NCBI GenBank assembly: GCA_003427395.1 | Contig: BFEA01000028.1 | Location: 2,241,001 to 2,305,000 of the forward strand | DNA length: 64,000 bases | Direction of reading: 5' to 3' | DNA from: Chara braunii | Lineage: Eukaryota > Plantae > Charophyceae | Shown here: piece by piece, positions 61,161 to 64,000 of the stretch | Layout: every line of letters starts with the position of its first letter | How positions within the stretch are numbered: position 1 is the first letter of the stretch | The notes under the pieces: model-generated | What the model was told of the DNA's origin: nothing | Database searches by the model: none | The model's input: only the letters and a program-made list of their open reading frames with translations | Made by a program: the position numbers and the translations under genes

Positions 61161-61640
61161 TTAGAACGATGGGACTGCAATTTGCAGACTAGTGTCGTCT
61201 GTGGTAGTTCCTTCATCCCACAGTAAGCGAGAGAAGAAGAACTTACCATTGGCTCTTCTCCCTGCCCATTGGAAAGGGGACTCCCACTCGCTTGTTAGTT
61301 TCGGGGCGGTGACGTCCTTCCTTAGTTTCCTCTGTTTGGACCTTCTGTATTCTGCCAAGATCTGCAATCTTACCATATGTCTGAAGCTGTTTCTCAGGGC
61401 CGGTTGGGCCGTGTTGTTACCTTTAAAACGGCTGTACCTCCTTGCCAACCACAGGACCCAGAAAGCAATTGCACGGAAGTTCAGTGCCACCTGTTTCCTA
61501 ATGTGAGTTGATGTGTCTCCTGTTAGAACAAAGTTCTGATCCCACCTGATGGAGTCTCCGTAAGCCTTCCGCCACAGTTCTTGGAGCCACTCCCAGAAGC
61601 CTCGTGCCACCACACATTCCCACCACAGATGTGCCGAGGA
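61161..61640 (-). mobile_element. 5'-truncated L1/Tx1-type LINE ORF2 C-terminus (zf-RVT region)
   Basis: ESSAHLWWECVVARGFWEWL...AIAFWVLWLARRYSRFKG. Confidence 0.75.
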
Positions 61641-63769
61641 CTCCACCCTGGGGTAAGGGTCTCTCTCTCTTTTCACCGTCCCATGCGCGCCTTTCCCTTT
61701 TCTTTTCTTTTTTTTTTTAACGAAGAATATGTTTTTTTAATTTTTTTTCGTGAATTTTTTTTGGGGGGGGCAAATTGCACCGACCGGGCGTTGGTCTCCC
61801 CGACCCCCTAAAATTGTGGCGCGTTAACGGCCGCGACTTTTTTTTATAGCTGGGCGAGGTACTGGTGGTTTTACTTTTTTTTTTAGGGTCCTACCCCATA
61901 TGAGCGCACCCCTCCAAGCATTAGGGCCTTGCCACACCACTCTCGGACTGTGAAAAAGACATGAATCTTGCGGGTGCATTTGGCCATGTTCTAGCAGGAA
62001 GTTCATTCCCATTTTTCACATTTCCAGAGTGGTATGGTGATGCCCTTAAAGGAGTGGGGAAAAAAAAAAAAAAAAACTTTCCTCTCGTCAATTCTCCCGG
62101 CCGCACCCCCCACTTCCCAGCCCTACCTCAATGTCTCAGGACCATCACCCTTCTACCATCTTGTCAGGGTGATCTACCGGACAGCAGTTGCAGGCACCAC
62201 CGTTGAGCAGGAACCCCACTCATAACTGGATGAAGCAGAGTCAAACAAGCCCTGACTTATACGTACTTCGGGCGATAGGCATAAGTTTTCTTTCTACAAG
62301 CCCCATGGGTGTAGCCTCAATGGCCCCCAAGATTGCCCGGGCACCTCAGTGTATGGATCTAGTCATATACACCATAGATATTATAGGTGATGTTTAATGG
62401 TTCCCTCTAGCCAAGGTCTAACCTATGACACCCAAGCAACCTGGGTATTCTTACCTAGCACAGTTGTTATCAATTGTTCAAATTATGTTCACAACCTATA
62501 TATTATAGCCTATCATCAGTCGTTGTATGACCACTATCCGCCCCCTTACCTTCATGGTTGTATTATTGTTGTTCCGATTACGACTTATAGTTTAACCTAT
62601 TATTAATAGATTCAAGACCACTATCAGCCCCTCTATCTTACCGTCCATTATAGCCCTTTCTGATCACTCGTATTGTTGTTCTGGTCATTATTGATTGTTT
62701 ATGGTTTGAAGGTATTCTAGCCCCTGTCATCAGTAGATTCATGATCACCATCTATCCCCAGACCTCGGGCATCAACGAGTCTCCCCTACTCATTGTAATT
62801 GTGTTTTGTCATCACCTAGAGCAACTTTTGTCTTGACCATCAGTAGGTACATAGCCACAATTTACTCAAGTATCTTTGTCATCAAGTGGTTCTACTACGC
62901 CTTATACGTAAAAGATTAAAAATATATATTAAATGGAATTTTATGCACCACTATCTTACTCAATGTGGCCCTAAAGAACCAAGTGCTTTGAAATCAATGA
63001 TTTTGCGAAGAAAATCACTGAGGACATAGTGAGACTTATACTGTGACGAGGCTGAGGCAACGAGGATGGGAGAGAGAGGGAGAGAGGGAGAGCACACACA
63101 CACACTCACTCAACTCGACACAGACTCGACACGACTCGACGGCCGCAGACATGAAGTGGCAAAGTCGCAAAGTCGAAGTCTTGGATTTCCGAACACAATG
63201 TCGAAGCAAGTCACCCGAAGCACAAGTACAGCAGCAGAAAACTGGTACGAGACTGGTGCTCGTACCGTACGGGGAACCGGTATAAGTACCGTTGACACGT
63301 ACTGTACCAGGGGCATTTCTTCAAAGGCCCCGGGGGCAGAACTGAAAAATGCGGTATTTGAAAGTGGCGCCCGAATTGCAGCATGGCACCAGTTGTTCAA
63401 AATCCTACGGTACCAAAAGAGGGGTTTGGAAAAAGGGTGTCAGGCCAAAAACGGGATGCAACCGAAACAGCAAAAGGATAGACCAAGGATCGAGCCCTGG
63501 CGAAGTCCGTAACACTATCCCCTCCCTCTAGAAGGCAACGTCCCNGCTGCCAAAAACCATGAAGCAATGCTGAAATCTGTGAAGGACGGGACGGGGCCGA
63601 TCACTGGTTAACAAGTCGAAGGGAAAAGGGGTATAATGTGGGTGGCATGGACTGCGGGAGTAAGAGGGAACAAGGTTTGGTACCGGTGAACAGGGTTGTC
63701 CTACTGATGAACTAGGGGCGGCAGGGAGCAGGGTAGTCCTACTGATGAACTAAGGGGACTGCATGGTTT

Positions 63770-64000
63770 GCTATAGGTCAAGGAGGAACAAAGTTCAGGG
63801 AACAGGGAACTTTTATTGATGTTCTACTGGGTAAGGGAAACGGTGTTCAGGAAAACACGGTATTTCTATTTATGTTCTAGTGGGTAAGGGAAACAACGGT
63901 CAGAGGGAACAGGGAATGCTTATTGATGTTCTAGTGGGTACGGGGAACAATGGTTAGGGAAACACGGATCTGCTAATGATGTTCTACAGGGTTGTCAAAA
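63770..64000. repeat. Tandem repeat (~55-60-bp unit, ATGTTCTAGTGGGTAAGGGAAAC) running off the window
   Basis: At least four diverged units are visible. Confidence 0.75.

Overview
Eukaryotic, repeat-dense draft-assembly window with seven larger N gaps, most of them next to (CT)n/(CA)n microsatellites. The plant-type U2 and U6 5' ends point to the green-plant lineage, probably a streptophyte alga or early-diverging plant (inference). Three host protein genes are recognisable, all on the minus strand. They are a single-ORF cyanobacterial-type DNA polymerase III delta subunit (HolA) with a transit-peptide-like N-terminus, a DPB3/NF-YC-type histone-fold protein, and a KDPG/KHG aldolase (Eda) with a ~390-aa N-terminal extension. 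The intergenic DNA holds nine spliceosomal snRNA copies (6 U6, 3 U2). Five of them have target-site duplications (TSDs) and most have poly(A) tails, as expected for LINE-mediated retrocopies. The three U2 copies all stop around stem-loop IIb, and two share a derived insertion, which suggests a U2-derived SINE-like family. Also present are several MITE families (3-bp-TSD Harbinger-like with nested self-insertions, TTAA-specific, TA-flanked Tc1/pogo-like, and 9-bp-TSD MULE-like), a decayed Helitron helicase, L1-type ORF2 remnants, a tRNA-headed SINE candidate, a possible group II intron RT remnant, minisatellites, and a Nextera mate-pair junction adapter artefact. All family assignments are from motif recognition by eye; no database searches were run.
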